Notes: generated by a model not told the origin, from the sequence alone. DNA of 44,110 nt from Patescibacteria group bacterium UBA661 (GCA_002299465.1 DBNX01000017.1:1-44110); one strand, 5' to 3'. Numbered from the stretch's first letter, positions 35,601 through 43,704 are shown. Made by a program: numbers and translations.

Positions 35601-36313
35601 AAAAGTGTGTCGAAATTTACAGACTTAAATAAGTCATAAATAGCCTCCGCCCCAATTCGCGCCTCAAACAAAGTACTATACTTGATTGAATAACGGTGAA
35701 AACTCATTTCATCCAAGACTACTCCCGGATTGATGCTGTTAATTTCTCGCTTAGTTTCATCCGCTCTGGTCTGCAGGGCTTGCTGGGCATCTTCGTTTTG
35801 GAGTGATTTGAGCTTTGCCTTAAACTCCGTATCAAGCTCACGCAACAAACGCGCTTTATGTTCCTCGCTCACTTTTGTGACGATGTAACCGGCAAAATAA
35901 ATTACTTTCTCGATTTGAGCAGCTGAGATATCGAGAATCATCGCAATGCGACTCGGTACACCGCGCAAGAACCAAATATGCGAGACGGGGATACAAAGAT
36001 CAATGTGACCCATTCGCTCCCGCCGTACGATAGCCCGCGTGATTTCCACTCCGCATTTTTCACAAACTATTCCCTTGTAGCGAATACCGCGGTATTTTTT
36101 ACAAGCACACTCATAATCCTCAACTGGACCAAAAATTCGTTCATCAAACAGACCATGTTTTTCTGGTCGTTGCGTTCGGTAGTTGATTGTTTCTGGCTTG
36201 GTAACCTCACCGTGCGACCACTCGAGAATAGTATCCGGCGACGCTAGACGAAGGCTAATTCCAGTATACTCGACTGGTGTAGTCTGTTTGTTGAATGATG
36301 ACATTGTTGACAT
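32651..36313 (-). CDS. rpoC: DNA-directed RNA polymerase beta' subunit
   Basis: NADFDGDQM catalytic loop, N-terminal zinc motif CACKKY...CEKCGVE, and full-length beta' similarity. Confidence 0.98.
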   Translation of the reverse strand: MSTMSSFNKQTTPVEYTGISLRLASPDTILEWSHGEVTKPETINYRTQRPEKHGLFDERIFGPVEDYECACKKYRGIRYKGIVCEKCGVEITRAIVRRERMGHIDLCIPVSHIWFLRGVPSRIAMILDISAAQIEKVIYFAGYIVTKVSEEHKARLLRELDTEFKAKLKSLQNEDAQQALQTRADETKREINSINPGVVLDEMSFHRYSIKYSTLFEARIGAEAIYDLFKSVNFDTLLTQLEKERTTAGALERAKIDKRMTLIRGMNNAGVRPEWMFLTRIPVIPPAIRPMVALEGGRHASSDLNDLYRRVINRNNRLKKLMDIQAPDVILRNEKRILQEAVDALIDNSIRHGGGAYSAMSQAQRRPLKSLSDYLKSKQGYFRQNLLGKRVDYSGRSVIVIGPELALDQCGLPKHMALELFRPFVIAELLKQELAYNIRGAGRLIEDGVPEVWAILEDVIRHRHVLLNRAPTLHRQGIQAFRPVLIEGNAIQVHPLVCRAFNADFDGDQMAVHVPLSDEAQLEAREIISANKNILKPGSSEPVVSEKLLDMALGSYWMTKIIPGAKGEGKYFASPNDAINAFDHGVIDFRAKIQVLATDTPKYKQFEGKLFATSVGRLIFNSVLPSDHDFINDVIVQKTLFSVIIDIIDSRGPEAVPPIVDRLKKLGLKYATVSGTTWGIDEVSVPKEKTKIIEKARAEEQGIVEAFDEGLISRDERRRMIVEVWHRAKTEIEKVLPETLNENGSAYEMWKSGARGSLGQIAQMAGMKGLIVNTRGETVEFPILSSMKEGMSPIEYFITTHGSRKGLADTALQTAKAGYLTRRLFVVAQDAIVTEADCKTKQGVRIGRISASGIEIAFSKAIKGRILVEDAVDSKGRVVFAQGHLISRRDAIAIEESTCESVVVRSPMTCKTLRGVCQHCYGIDLTTNKLVDIGEAVGTIAAQAIGEPGTQLTMNTKHAGGAASVGGDVTSGLPRVEEVFEKREPKIPAVISHCEGQVVDIRTEGREKVIVVAPDMTAKGAPKKKDNIEYEVHYRRVVTVAKGDTVKTGKLLTDGSASLPELFKYGGQEVTQDYIISEVNKIYELQGVTIARKHIELIVKQMMSRMKITHSGESRFTVGEVIEEWIIAEENAKLKAEGKELAKADRLILGITETSLSRKSFLSAASFQNTTRVLINAAVKGSHDNLTGLMENVIIGKLIPAGTGFAGSEKFNLIKKIQAD

Positions 36314-36333
36314 AGTGACTATTCTTAAATGAT

Positions 36334-39300
36334 TTATATTTCACGACGAGTACGCTCCAAACGTTCGGCACGTTCCAACTTAACATCCAAAGCCAAACCA
36401 CGCAGCTGATTAACGAGGACATTGAAAGCGGCTGGCGTGTGCGGATGACTAATCCGATCACCTCTAACAATCGCATCAAAAGTCGCCGACCGACCGACAA
36501 TATCGTCAGATTTTATGGTTAACATTTCACGCAAGGTGTAAGCGGCTCCATAACCCAAGAGAGCCCACACTTCCATTTCCCCAAAGCGCTGACCCCCCAC
36601 CTGAGCTTTTCCGCCTAGTGGTTGCTGGGTGATTAGTGAGTAGGGTCCAATCGAACGCATGTGAATTTTATCTTCCACCATGTGATGAAGTTTCAATATG
36701 TACATGTAACCAACTGCCGTCTTCTGAGCAAATGGCTCACCCGTAAGACCATCTCTAAGCTGAATCTTTCCATCTTCAGGTAGACCAGCAGCCTTGAGCT
36801 CGGCCTTAACATGTTCTTCGGTTGCACCTGCAAACGGCGGAACGATAGCTTGATATCCCAGGGTATTAGCTGCCATTCCTAAGTGAAGTTCCAAAATCTG
36901 ACCCAGGTTCATTCGAGATGGCACGCCGAGTGGTGTCAACAGAATATCAATCGGACGACCGTCTTCTGTGTAAGGCATATCTTCCTCTGGCAAAATTCTA
37001 GAAATTACTCCTTTGTTACCATGACGACCCGCCAACTTATCACCGACGGAAACATTACGAACCTGAGCAATCGTGACGTGGATACGCTTTATGACACCAC
37101 TATCAAGCTGGTCGCCATTTTCACGCGTAAACACTTTTACCCCAATCACTCGCCCGCGCTTTCCGGCCTCCAGTCTTAGTGAAGTATCTTTAACATCTTT
37201 TGCTTTTTCGCCAAAGATCGAGCGTAAGAGACGCTCTTCGGGCGTGAGCTGAGTCTCCCCTTTAGGAGTGACTTTACCGACTAGAATATCGCCTGGTCTA
37301 ACCTCAGCGCCGATTCTAATGATGCCATTCTCATCCAGATTGCGGAGTTTGAGCTCCGAGACGTTTGGAATGTCAGCGGAAGTGACTTCCGGACCAAGCT
37401 TAGTATCACGTACCGAGACCTCGAGTTCATCTAGGTGGATAGTTGAAAATTTACTTTGTTTAACTAGTCGTTCTGAAATAACAATCGCGTCTTCGTAGTT
37501 GGCGCCATTCCAGCTCATAAAAGCCACTAATGCATTTTGTCCAACCGCAATCTGTCCATTGTCAGTTGATGAGGTGTCCGCCAAGAGATCTCCGGTTTTT
37601 ACCTTATCCCCAACCGTTACCGCTGGGCGGTGATAGAAAGCTGAGAAGTCATTAGTCCTTTGGAAAGTAGTAAGTGGGTATTCGTGTTTCTTGCCGTCTT
37701 TGTTTTTTACCACAATCTTTTGCGCGTCACACTCCACAACTTCTCCGGCTTCAGACGCATGCACGACACGCCCCACATCACGCGCCACCATCCCCTCCAC
37801 TCCAGTGGCTACCAGCGGTGCCTCGGGTACCACACACGGGGTGGCTTGTTTTTGCATATTTGATCCCATGAGAGTACGGTTAGCGTCATCGTGATTCAAA
37901 AACGGAATCATCGAAGTAGCCACCGAGAAAGGTTGATTCGAGGCGATGTCAATATAGTCAACTTCCTTACGGGGAATGATGTGCGGTTCACCTTTTCTAC
38001 GCGCCTCTACATAATCAGATTTTATCTTCCCGTTTTGGTCTAAAGCGACAGCGGCATGAGCAATGTTAAATCTCTCTTCTTCGTGTGCGTTCATAAAGAC
38101 AATTTCATCAGTCACCACCCCGTTTTTTACCTTTGCGTAGGGCGTCTCGATAATACCAAAGCGATTAACCCGTGCGTACATCGACAAACGCAAGATAAGA
38201 CCAATGTTAGGACCTTCTGGAGTGTGAATCGGGCAAAGACGACCGTAGTGTGAAGTGTGAATGTCCCGCACCTCAAAGCCAGCACGTTCCCGCGTTAGCC
38301 CACCTGGTCCGAGTGCGGATAGTGTTCGTAAGTGCTCAATTTCCGCTAGAATGTTTTGTTGTTGTGAGAATTGCGAAAGCTGGTTGGTGCTAAAAAATTC
38401 CTTGATGGCGGCTTGTAGCGGACGCGGATTAATAATCTGCATCGGCAGTGAAGTCTCGGCCTCAATCGTTGACATACGGTCTTGGATGTTTCGCTTCATC
38501 CGAGTCATACCAACCCGCACTCGCTGTTGTAGCATCTCACCAAAATAACGAACTCGCCTAAAACCAAGATGATCAATATCATCTGGCAAGGCCTCGGGCT
38601 CGTGATTATTGGTAACAATCTGACCCAAAATCAACTGGAGGTCTTTGATTGAAATTACTCGCTCGTTAGTCGCCTTTTCATCAATCGGACGACCGAATCG
38701 TTCGTTAAAGTGGTGACGACCAATCTCAGAAAGGTCATAACGTTCGGGGGAGAAAATTGATTTAACAAATTCCCGTGCGTTCTCTACTGTCGCCAAATCA
38801 CCATCCCGCAGACGCCGATAGATTTCCACATAAGAATCATCGAGAGTCTTAGCCGGGTCTTTCGCAATCGTCGCCTTCATATATTCCTCACCGCGTGGAA
38901 TATCTTTAAGCAGAGCGATTAAATCTTTTTCCTTCTCAAGGCCAATTACGCGCAACAAAGAAGAAATCGGAAACTTCTTTTTTCGGTCAATTTTTACATA
39001 AATGACACCATCGGCCTCTGACTCAATCTCTACCCACGCGCCGCGGGCGGGAATAATTTTCGCCCCGAATAGCTGTCGCCCCTTCACTTCTTCCGACGTG
39101 AAAAAGATACCGTAAGAACGAGCCAACTGCGGCACAATCACGCGCTCCACTCCATTTATGATGAACGTTCCGTGTTCGGTCATAACTGGTAGATCAGTCA
39201 TAAAAATTTCCTGATCTTTTTCGCTTTCAAACGTCTTGTTTTTCAAGATAACCTGAGCGCGTAGTGGCGCTTCGTAAGTTATCTTGTTTTCTTTTGCATA

Positions 39301-39558
39301 TTCCGGAGTACATTTCGGTGCTCCTAATTCGTATTTTTTAAAACGTAGCTCAAACTTTTTTTCTGAATAATCGCTAATCGGTGAAAATTCTGTGAAAATT
39401 TCTTTGAGAGCGGTCTCCACAAACCAGCGAAACGATATTCGTTGCGGTTCAATTAAATCCGGCAAATCAATCCGCGGCGGTTGACTTACTTGGAAATATT
39501 TTTGTGTCATTTTACCGACTGACAACGCTTCCTCTGCTTTGTGTTTTGTTTTTGACAT
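36334..39558 (-). CDS. rpoB: DNA-directed RNA polymerase beta subunit
   Basis: Conserved beta blocks (GRHGNKGV, SRMNLGQILE, and a rifampicin-region equivalent FFSTNQLSQFSQQQN). It lies immediately upstream of rpoC. Confidence 0.98.
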   Translation of the reverse strand: MSKTKHKAEEALSVGKMTQKYFQVSQPPRIDLPDLIEPQRISFRWFVETALKEIFTEFSPISDYSEKKFELRFKKYELGAPKCTPEYAKENKITYEAPLRAQVILKNKTFESEKDQEIFMTDLPVMTEHGTFIINGVERVIVPQLARSYGIFFTSEEVKGRQLFGAKIIPARGAWVEIESEADGVIYVKIDRKKKFPISSLLRVIGLEKEKDLIALLKDIPRGEEYMKATIAKDPAKTLDDSYVEIYRRLRDGDLATVENAREFVKSIFSPERYDLSEIGRHHFNERFGRPIDEKATNERVISIKDLQLILGQIVTNNHEPEALPDDIDHLGFRRVRYFGEMLQQRVRVGMTRMKRNIQDRMSTIEAETSLPMQIINPRPLQAAIKEFFSTNQLSQFSQQQNILAEIEHLRTLSALGPGGLTRERAGFEVRDIHTSHYGRLCPIHTPEGPNIGLILRLSMYARVNRFGIIETPYAKVKNGVVTDEIVFMNAHEEERFNIAHAAVALDQNGKIKSDYVEARRKGEPHIIPRKEVDYIDIASNQPFSVATSMIPFLNHDDANRTLMGSNMQKQATPCVVPEAPLVATGVEGMVARDVGRVVHASEAGEVVECDAQKIVVKNKDGKKHEYPLTTFQRTNDFSAFYHRPAVTVGDKVKTGDLLADTSSTDNGQIAVGQNALVAFMSWNGANYEDAIVISERLVKQSKFSTIHLDELEVSVRDTKLGPEVTSADIPNVSELKLRNLDENGIIRIGAEVRPGDILVGKVTPKGETQLTPEERLLRSIFGEKAKDVKDTSLRLEAGKRGRVIGVKVFTRENGDQLDSGVIKRIHVTIAQVRNVSVGDKLAGRHGNKGVISRILPEEDMPYTEDGRPIDILLTPLGVPSRMNLGQILELHLGMAANTLGYQAIVPPFAGATEEHVKAELKAAGLPEDGKIQLRDGLTGEPFAQKTAVGYMYILKLHHMVEDKIHMRSIGPYSLITQQPLGGKAQVGGQRFGEMEVWALLGYGAAYTLREMLTIKSDDIVGRSATFDAIVRGDRISHPHTPAAFNVLVNQLRGLALDVKLERAERLERTRREI

Positions 39559-39612
39559 AAAAAATAAATCGTCTGTTAATTTTTTGAATTAAACACCGCA
39601 CTGACAAAACCC

Positions 39613-39648
39613 ACTAACAAAAACGCAATGACTTGCGTTTTTGTTAGT
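39613..39648 (-). terminator. 16-bp hairpin ACTAACAAAAACGCAA-(4 nt)-TTGCGTTTTTGTTAGT between trmD and rpoB
   Basis: Perfect stem, followed on the minus strand by GGGTTTTGT. It could act as the trmD terminator and/or an rpoB leader attenuator. Confidence 0.6.
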
Positions 39649-39759
39649 TAAAGTTGTGTCGTTTTGCTAATATCGGCATCACAAATCGCGTGATTATTCC
39701 GCTACTCCAAAAAATCTCCCACCCAAAACACAATCGAGACCTTGTGTGTACGTGGCGGG

Positions 39760-39768
39760 ATTATAGCA
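39760..39768 (-). promoter_or_regulatory. Extended -10 TGcTATAAT about 200 nt upstream of rpoB
   Basis: The reverse complement of 39760-39768 reads TGCTATAAT. It lies between the trmD stop (39817) and the 39613-39648 hairpin. Confidence 0.4.
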
Positions 39769-39816
39769 GAGTCAAAAAAAACCGCAAGTCACCTGCCGTT
39801 AACAAACACCAAGCTC

Positions 39817-40527
39817 TCACTTTTCAATAATCTTACCGGTCGCTTTTGATAACTTTTGCTGCTTAGCACGCCAAGCTTCAATCGCCGCGTGGTTGCCACC
39901 AACCAAAACTTCTGGCACCCGGTACTGCTTTCGTTTATAAACTAGTAGTTCCGGTCTAGTGTACATCTCTCCAGCCGCCGTTCTTTCTTCTTCAAGCGAC
40001 TCTAAAGTACCCAAAACGCCAGGGATGTTGCGAGCCACCGCATCAATAATCGTGAGCGCCGGCAATTCCCCACCCGTTAGCACATAATCACCCACCGACA
40101 CCGCTTCGGCTTGCAAAATATCCTTTACTCGAGAGTCAATACCCTCATACCGCCCAGCCATCAGAACAATGTCAGTATAATTCAGAGCGAGCTCTTTTGC
40201 GTAAGTCTGGTTAAACAAAGTGCCCCGGGGTGACATTAGTAAAATCTTTACTTTTTTAGGATTTTTTCTACCCACGGCTTTAGCTACGGCCTTAAGGATT
40301 GGTAGTGGTTGTAGCACCATACCCGGACCGCCGCCGTAGGGCCGATCGTCTACTCTGTTATGTTTATCAGTGGTGTAGTCTCGCGGATTATAATATGACA
40401 CCGCTAATTTTTTACCACGCACCTTGGCTCCCTTGCCCTTATCGGTTTTTTGAGCACGACCTAAAATACTAGTGTCTGTGTAAACCCTGCACACCTCTGG
40501 AAATAATGTGATGACATGAAAACGCAT
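39817..40527 (-). CDS. trmD: tRNA (guanine37-N1)-methyltransferase
   Basis: MRFHVITLFPE start, PYGGGPGMVL and GRYEGIDSRV blocks. Confidence 0.95.
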   Translation of the reverse strand: MRFHVITLFPEVCRVYTDTSILGRAQKTDKGKGAKVRGKKLAVSYYNPRDYTTDKHNRVDDRPYGGGPGMVLQPLPILKAVAKAVGRKNPKKVKILLMSPRGTLFNQTYAKELALNYTDIVLMAGRYEGIDSRVKDILQAEAVSVGDYVLTGGELPALTIIDAVARNIPGVLGTLESLEEERTAAGEMYTRPELLVYKRKQYRVPEVLVGGNHAAIEAWRAKQQKLSKATGKIIEK

Positions 40528-40533
40528 CTGAAA

Positions 40534-40542
40534 ATCCTAGCA
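40534..40542 (-). promoter_or_regulatory. Extended -10 TGcTAGGAT, 6 nt upstream of the trmD ATG (leaderless-type)
   Basis: The reverse complement of 40534-40542 reads TGCTAGGAT. Confidence 0.45.
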
Positions 40543-40644
40543 CACAAATAACAAAACTGGCACCTTTTTTAATCCTCCCCTCAATTTATAATCTAAAACT
40601 TCTGATTCTACTCCGTATTACGACTTTGTTATCTGGCTAAATCA

Positions 40645-40681
40645 AAAAACAAAGCCCCACTTTCGTTGGGGCTTTGTTTTT
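40645..40681 (-). terminator. Bidirectional intrinsic terminator AAAAACAAAGCCCCA-(7 nt)-TGGGGCTTTGTTTTT after the KH-protein gene
   Basis: 15-bp arms including the A-tract and T-tract; the stop is at 40700. Confidence 0.8.
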
Positions 40682-40699
40682 CTAATAACCCAGTCAGGC

Positions 40700-41053
40700 T
40701 TAGATTTTTAAGTCTTCAATTGCTTCATCTAATGATTTGGGGGTTGTGGCGGGATTGTCTTCGCGCATTGCCTCTGCCATTTCTGCTGACATTCCTCGAC
40801 CGCCTTCTGGCTCGTTAATTTTTAGATTAACACGAGCATCATGCTTCATTCCCACCACCCTAAGTAGAGTACGGATCGCCTTGGCTGTATTTCCTGATCG
40901 GCCGATTATTTTACCCATATCTTCTGCGTGTACATCTAGGGTCAACAATACGCCCATCTCATCTACAGTACGGTTGATTCGAACGCTCTCTGGGTGATCA
41001 ACGAGTGCTTTGACTAAAGACTCGAGAAACTGCTTATCTTCATGCATATCCAT
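40700..41053 (-). CDS. KH-domain RNA-binding protein (YlqC/UPF0109-like) with an acidic C-terminal tail
   Basis: LVKALVDHPESVRI...VLLTLDVHAEDMGKIIGRSGNTAKAIRTLLRVV carries the KH GxxG motif (GRSG). It sits between rpsP and trmD. Confidence 0.8.
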   Translation of the reverse strand: MDMHEDKQFLESLVKALVDHPESVRINRTVDEMGVLLTLDVHAEDMGKIIGRSGNTAKAIRTLLRVVGMKHDARVNLKINEPEGGRGMSAEMAEAMREDNPATTPKSLDEAIEDLKI

Positions 41054-41144
41054 ACATCAATTTTCTTATCTAGGCTGTTAAGCAGACTCCACCATCAGGT
41101 TTTGGTGAGTTGCTATTCATTATGATACGAAAGCTCACTCGCCG

Positions 41145-41184
41145 CGTCAACCGCCCCCTGTAGACATAACGGGGGCGGTTGACG
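41145..41184 (-). other. GC-rich 14-bp intercistronic stem-loop between rpsP and the KH-protein gene
   Basis: CGTCAACCGCCCCC-(12 nt)-GGGGGCGGTTGACG, with no T-run on the transcribed strand. Confidence 0.5.
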
Positions 41185-41200
41185 TGGTCGTTCTTAAAAA

Positions 41201-41497
41201 CTAAGCCGTGACGTCTTTAACGATTGGCTTCTTGCTGGGCAAAACGTTAATTTTTTTGGCGTCAATTATCTTCTTTGAGACAAGCATATTGTGGACAGTG
41301 TCTGAGGCTTTAACACCTTTACTCAACCAATCCTTAGCTTTACTGCCATCGATTTCTACCACTCCAAGTTTAGGATTATAAAAACCAAGCTGGTCTATGT
41401 GTTTGTTACTTTTTGGGCCAGTCCGCTTATCAACCACCACCACTCGGTAAGCTGGTTCATTCTTGCGGCCAACACGCTGTAAACGCATCATTAACAT
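41201..41497 (-). CDS. rpsP: 30S ribosomal protein S16
   Basis: MLMMRLQRVGRKNEPAYRVVV...GFYNP is the canonical S16 N-terminus. Confidence 0.94.
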   Translation of the reverse strand: MLMMRLQRVGRKNEPAYRVVVVDKRTGPKSNKHIDQLGFYNPKLGVVEIDGSKAKDWLSKGVKASDTVHNMLVSKKIIDAKKINVLPSKKPIVKDVTA

Positions 41498-41508
41498 AAG
41501 TATGCGAA

Positions 41509-41537
41509 AGATTATCAGAACAACCTTGTTTGGTCAA
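41509..41537 (-). promoter_or_regulatory. Promoter TTGACC-17-TAATCT, 11 nt upstream of the rpsP ATG (leaderless-type)
   Basis: Reading the minus strand, -35 is at 41532-41537 and -10 at 41509-41514. Confidence 0.55.
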
Positions 41538-41624
41538 GCGCCTCTTAATCCCTCACCACCTTTGAGATTATGAATCTTACGTCTTTCACGAATACAGATT
41601 AGAGTAGCATCTACTGTTAGTCCA

Positions 41625-41633
41625 TGCTACACT
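41625..41633 (+). promoter_or_regulatory. Extended -10 TGcTACACT, 9 nt upstream of the rnr ATG (leaderless-type)
   Basis: TGCTACACT at 41625-41633; ATG at 41643. Confidence 0.5.
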
Positions 41634-41642
41634 CAGCCCGAT

Positions 41643-43592
41643 ATGTCAAACACCACCTTAGAGGAATTAGAAGGTCCCATTATGATTCGCGGTAAGGGGA
41701 CTGGCTTCGTCGCTGTTCCCGGACAAACTGAAGATATTTTAATAGAAAGAGACAACCTCGGTTTTGCCCTAGATGGCGATATTGTTCGCATTAAACTCAA
41801 GAAAAAAGTACCGGGTAGAAGACAGGAGGGCGTCGTTACCACTGTTCTAAAAACCGCTTACCGTGAACTCATCGGGACCGTAAAAGAAAAAACGGTAGAA
41901 AATAAAGTCGTCAAATACCTTCAGCCCGACAATAATCGCATTCACATCAAGCCCCTCCTACCCGAAGCAACCGCTACCGACGTCGGATTTAAGGTGGTCG
42001 TAGAAATTACCAAGTGGCACCAACCGCTCCTTGACCCACTCGCTCGCATAACCGAGACCCTGGGACCAGCCGGCGATCACGAGACTGAGATGCAGGCGAT
42101 TATTCGCTCTGGTGGTTTTTCAAAATCTTTTCCAGAAGCTGTTGGACAAGCGGCTCAGACTATCTATGCTGAGAGAGCAAAAATTTTTACTGAAGCTAGC
42201 CAAGACCCAAAACGCCGTGACCTACGTACTGTCCCAACCTGTACCATTGACCCCAAAGACGCCAAAGATTTTGATGATGCGCTTTCTTGTCGCACTCTAC
42301 CTAATGGCAATTATGAAATCGGTATCCATATCGCCGATGTTTCTCACTACGTACGTGAGAATGACGCTATCGACACCGAGGCCAAAGAGCGTGGCACTTC
42401 TGTTTACTTAGTTGACCGAGTTATCCCGATGTTGCCAGAAGTTCTTTCTAACGATCTTTGTTCCCTTCGTCCCAACGAAGACCGCCTCGCCTTTTCCGCT
42501 ATCTTTGAGTTAACTCCCGAAGCTGATTTGGTAAACGCTTGGTACGGACAGACGATAATCAATTCTGATAAACGTTTTTCTTACGAAGAAGCGCAAACGG
42601 TCTTTGCTGACCAGACCGGTCCACTCTTAAACGAGTTGAATATCTTGATGAATCTTGGTCGCCAGCTCAGACGCCATCGTTACGCCAATGGTGCCATTGC
42701 TTTTGATCAGCCCGAAGTTAAATTTGAATTAGACGAACGCGGTGCACCGCTTAGAGCTTACGTCAAAACGAGAACCGAAACAATGTTGATGATTGAAGAT
42801 TTTATGCTTCTCGCCAACCGTGAAGTGGCTCTTCATATTTATAACCTCGCCCGGGCTCGTAATAAAGAACTGGCTTTTGTCTATCGTATTCATGATGTTC
42901 CTAATCCGGAAAAATTAGAGGAGTTGGCTATCTTTTTGCGAGCGATTGGTTATGAATTTGAGGTAAACAAAGGATTGATTAAAGCCACCACCATCAACAA
43001 CCTTCTCAAAGAAATTGCCGGCAAACCGGAGGAAAATCTGATTAAAACCGCCACCATCCGCTCCATGGCCAAAGCCGTCTATTCCACCAAAAACATTGGT
43101 CATTTTGGCTTGGCCTTCAAGTATTACACTCATTTCACTTCTCCCATCAGACGCTATCCCGACCTCATGGCACACCGTCTGTTACGCAAGCATCTTGATA
43201 ATTCGCACATCGGACCAAAGGAGCTGACTAAATACGAACAACTCTCCATCCAATCCTCACAACGTGAAATGGAAGCTGTTAGTGCCGAACGAGACTCTAT
43301 CAAATACAAACAAGTGGAATACCTGATGAATCGAGTCGGGGAAACTTTTACGGGGGTAATTACAGGCGTGGCTGACTGGGGCATTTACGTCCAAGAGGAT
43401 ACCTGCTTAGCTGATGGGATGGTGCGTTTGGCGAGTATCAAAAGTGATTATTTTGAACATGAAGCCAGTAAATACCGCATCAAGGGACAGAAGACTGGCA
43501 AGATTTATTCACTCGGCGATCGGGTCACGGTAAAATTAGTCCGCGCTGATAAGGAAGAACGGCAACTTGATTTTGCTTTAATTGAAAACTAA
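41643..43592 (+). CDS. rnr: Ribonuclease R (RNB-family 3'-5' exoribonuclease with C-terminal S1 domain)
   Basis: RNB catalytic blocks IDPKDAKDFDDALS and HFGLAFKYYTHFTSPIRRYPDL, with a C-terminal S1-like segment. Confidence 0.92.
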   Translation: MSNTTLEELEGPIMIRGKGTGFVAVPGQTEDILIERDNLGFALDGDIVRIKLKKKVPGRRQEGVVTTVLKTAYRELIGTVKEKTVENKVVKYLQPDNNRIHIKPLLPEATATDVGFKVVVEITKWHQPLLDPLARITETLGPAGDHETEMQAIIRSGGFSKSFPEAVGQAAQTIYAERAKIFTEASQDPKRRDLRTVPTCTIDPKDAKDFDDALSCRTLPNGNYEIGIHIADVSHYVRENDAIDTEAKERGTSVYLVDRVIPMLPEVLSNDLCSLRPNEDRLAFSAIFELTPEADLVNAWYGQTIINSDKRFSYEEAQTVFADQTGPLLNELNILMNLGRQLRRHRYANGAIAFDQPEVKFELDERGAPLRAYVKTRTETMLMIEDFMLLANREVALHIYNLARARNKELAFVYRIHDVPNPEKLEELAIFLRAIGYEFEVNKGLIKATTINNLLKEIAGKPEENLIKTATIRSMAKAVYSTKNIGHFGLAFKYYTHFTSPIRRYPDLMAHRLLRKHLDNSHIGPKELTKYEQLSIQSSQREMEAVSAERDSIKYKQVEYLMNRVGETFTGVITGVADWGIYVQEDTCLADGMVRLASIKSDYFEHEASKYRIKGQKTGKIYSLGDRVTVKLVRADKEERQLDFALIEN

Positions 43593-43596
43593 CCAG

Positions 43597-43640
43597 TTCG
43601 CCCCGCCCATCCCGCCCGGAGGCGGGATGGGCGGGGCGAA
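43597..43640 (+). terminator. 20-bp very GC-rich perfect hairpin directly after the rnr stop
   Basis: TTCGCCCCGCCCATCCCGCC-CGGA-GGCGGGATGGGCGGGGCGAA. A T5 run appears only 9 nt later. Confidence 0.55.
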
Positions 43641-43660
43641 ACCGCAATGTTTTTCCTAAG

Positions 43661-43687
43661 AAAAAAGTCCGCGCTTGCGGACTTTTT
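43661..43687. terminator. Bidirectional intrinsic terminator AAAAAAGTCCGC-GCTT-GCGGACTTTTT
   Basis: Sits between the convergent rnr and 43705-44031 genes. Confidence 0.75.
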
Positions 43688-43704
43688 GTTTGAGTGAGAA
43701 CTAG

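Noticed and set aside
43617-43640. G-quadruplex potential in GGAGGCGGGATGGGCGGGGCG.
   Set aside because: There are only three GGG tracts. The segment is perfectly complementary to the adjacent C-rich arm, so a hairpin is the far more likely structure.
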